Below are positions 62,249-64,000 of a stretch of DNA of 64,000 bases, piece after piece. The first letter of the stretch is position 1. Each line of letters opens with the position of its first letter. The DNA lies in the NCBI GenBank assembly GCA_963733035.1, contig CAVTBU010000005.1:512001-576000 (forward strand). Reading direction: 5' to 3'. A program made the position numbers and the translations under genes. This DNA comes from Pirellulales bacterium (GTDB lineage: Bacteria > Planctomycetota > Planctomycetia > Pirellulales > PALSA-1355). The notes beneath the pieces were generated by a model. The model was not told the origin of the DNA. It ran no database searches and saw nothing but the letters and a program-made list of their open reading frames with translations.

Positions 62249-62323
62249 TTGCGCTGTCGGCGGCTTTTTCAGCCAGACCCGCGCCGCGGCCAAGAAGAGG
62301 TTATGAGACGCACGAGTCGTTTG

Positions 62324-63721
62324 TCATTTAGTTTCGGCTTCCGATTCGGGAGCCGTGGCCAGCGCATGTTCGAGTGCACCGTCAAGTTCAACACCGCCAG
62401 ACGCCACGACCCATTCGCCCGGCAGCAGCGGCTGGCAACCGGCGGTGCATTGGGCGGCAGTCGGGTGCGATCGAATATAGACGACGTCGCTACCGCGACT
62501 CGACAGCGCAACCTGGCGGCGGGTAAGTTGATGCCCGCTCGCGTCGTTCCCGACGAGAACGACGCATTGGTCGCCGTCTTGAATCACGGCGGAATCCGGC
62601 AGGACAACGTCCTCCTCGAGGTTCGGCATCTCGATGCGGGCGGTGATGAATTGGCCGGCCCGCAGGCGACCATCCTTGTTATCGAGCCATCCCATCAGCG
62701 CCGCCGTGTGCTGGTTCGGGTCGACGAGATTTCCAATCAGCGAGAATTCTCCGGGAATCGCGCTCACGTCAGGCTGCGACTTCAACAGCACGCTCCAGCG
62801 CCGATCGCTCGGCGCCAGCGACTCGACCGCTGGCAAGTCTTCTTCATAAATGTTGGCCATGACGCCCAACACGGAGAGGTCGGCGATTTTGTAAATGTCT
62901 AAATTGGTATCGACGATATCGCCGGCCACGATGTTTTTTTCCAGAATGACTCCGTCCATCGGGCTGCGTACCTCGACCTCGGCCCAACTCTTGTCGATGG
63001 CCAAGTCGGCGGCCAGGTGCTCGTGGTGATCGTTTTCCGCATAACGATGAATCTTTTCCGCCTCGGCGCGGACCACGTCGATTTCCGTCTCCGTCAGCCG
63101 CCACGAACGCAGCGTGCGTTCCAAGCGTTCGACGCGAATTACGTCGGCTTCCACGCTACGTTCAGCCTCGCGAAGTTTGCTTCGTGCGACAATGTCCTGG
63201 CCCAGCGACTTCAGGCTATTATATTGAGCGCGGTCGAGGCCGAGTTGCGAAACCGCATCGACCAGGTCGCTCTTCTTTTCACCCACGTCCTTGCTCCAGA
63301 TCGTCGCCAGGAGCTGTCCCTTCGTCACGTGATCGCCCAGCCGAAGCGGACGTCGCTGCTGGGCATCGAGGCCAATCGACACCACCTCTCCAGCGAACCG
63401 CGAATGCACGTGAACCAGACGATTCGGATCCAGGAACAGCGAGCCGGAAAGCATTAGCTGTTCGTGCGGTCCAGCGGCCTTAGCCTGGACCATGCGCACG
63501 CCCAAGCTTTGCGTGACCTCGGAGGACAACTCCAGTGAGTTCTGTGCACCAAGCGTTACCGAAGGGGAATGCGACCGGCTTTGCTCCAACTCGGGAGCTG
63601 GCGGAATTCGGCGCGAGGCCACGACAACTCCGCCAACCGCAACTCCAACCGCGGCAACGATGGCGACCGCGACCGTCCAACGCCAGACTCGTGATTTGCC
63701 GCGCGGATTACTCATCGCCAT
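62324..63721 (-). CDS. RND efflux membrane fusion protein (CzcB/CusB-like)
   Basis: N-terminal TM, RFAGEV..GDHVTKGQLL, VRSPMDGVILEKN, LRAGQFI; directly upstream of the RND permease. Confidence 0.92.
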   Translation of the reverse strand: MAMSNPRGKSRVWRWTVAVAIVAAVGVAVGGVVVASRRIPPAPELEQSRSHSPSVTLGAQNSLELSSEVTQSLGVRMVQAKAAGPHEQLMLSGSLFLDPNRLVHVHSRFAGEVVSIGLDAQQRRPLRLGDHVTKGQLLATIWSKDVGEKKSDLVDAVSQLGLDRAQYNSLKSLGQDIVARSKLREAERSVEADVIRVERLERTLRSWRLTETEIDVVRAEAEKIHRYAENDHHEHLAADLAIDKSWAEVEVRSPMDGVILEKNIVAGDIVDTNLDIYKIADLSVLGVMANIYEEDLPAVESLAPSDRRWSVLLKSQPDVSAIPGEFSLIGNLVDPNQHTAALMGWLDNKDGRLRAGQFITARIEMPNLEEDVVLPDSAVIQDGDQCVVLVGNDASGHQLTRRQVALSSRGSDVVYIRSHPTAAQCTAGCQPLLPGEWVVASGGVELDGALEHALATAPESEAETK

Positions 63722-64000
63722 GAATTTCCAGTTGATTCTGCGCGGCGAATCCAATCAAAACGACAAATGAGCGGGAGGGGCGCAAGCCTTCCGCCGTTGG
63801 AACTCGCGTGGGTGATGCAAGACTTGCATTCAAAGGAGGGACCGCCAACACCGCCGATCGAAGCAACCGACGCCACTATGTACATTATTACTACTGTTAC
63901 GAGTCAGCAACGCCGGTTGGGGGCGGGATTACGCCTTTGTAATCCCCGGCGGCAGAGGTTTCATGGGAAACTCTCGCTCTGTAGCAGCGATGCCACTTCC

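Noticed and set aside
63760..64000. Metal-sensing (NiCo-type) riboswitch upstream of the czcB-like gene; hairpins at 63925-63946 and 63955-63974
   Set aside because: Hairpins are present, but I could not find the conserved four-way-junction sequence on the minus strand, and the region is cut by the window edge.

Overview
A 64-kb, GC-rich, gene-dense chromosomal segment, most likely from a Planctomycetota (Pirellulales-like) bacterium. The lineage call rests on a DUF1549/DUF1553 + DUF1501 pair, a PVC-type CxxCH protein, a TIGR03067-like protein and a planctomycete-type RpoZ. It holds housekeeping genes (yicC tail, gmk, rpoZ, split coaC/coaB, cimA, valS, hom-apgM-lysC), many transporters (MATE, POT, ABC, MFS, MMPL, SSS, CzcA/B-type RND) and secreted or PEP-CTERM proteins. 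No rRNA, tRNA, CRISPR array, integrase or transposase was recognised. About 14 frameshifts break genes, including essential ones, and are read as long-read errors; 12 of them lie at or next to GCGC. Highlights not visible in the ORF track or worth follow-up: (1) an operon coupling an animal CHT1/SLC5A7-like transporter to phosphatidylcholine synthase and a secreted alpha/beta-hydrolase; (2) a complete Ile/Val leader-peptide attenuator in front of cimA; (3) an orphan ParB-like ribbon-helix-helix gene preceded by a ~10-bp repeat array and coupled to a hidden 46-aa ORF and a secreted protease; (4) a hidden Flp pilin; (5) a sigma54-type promoter before a histone-H1-like gene. All family calls come from motif recognition by eye; no searches were run.
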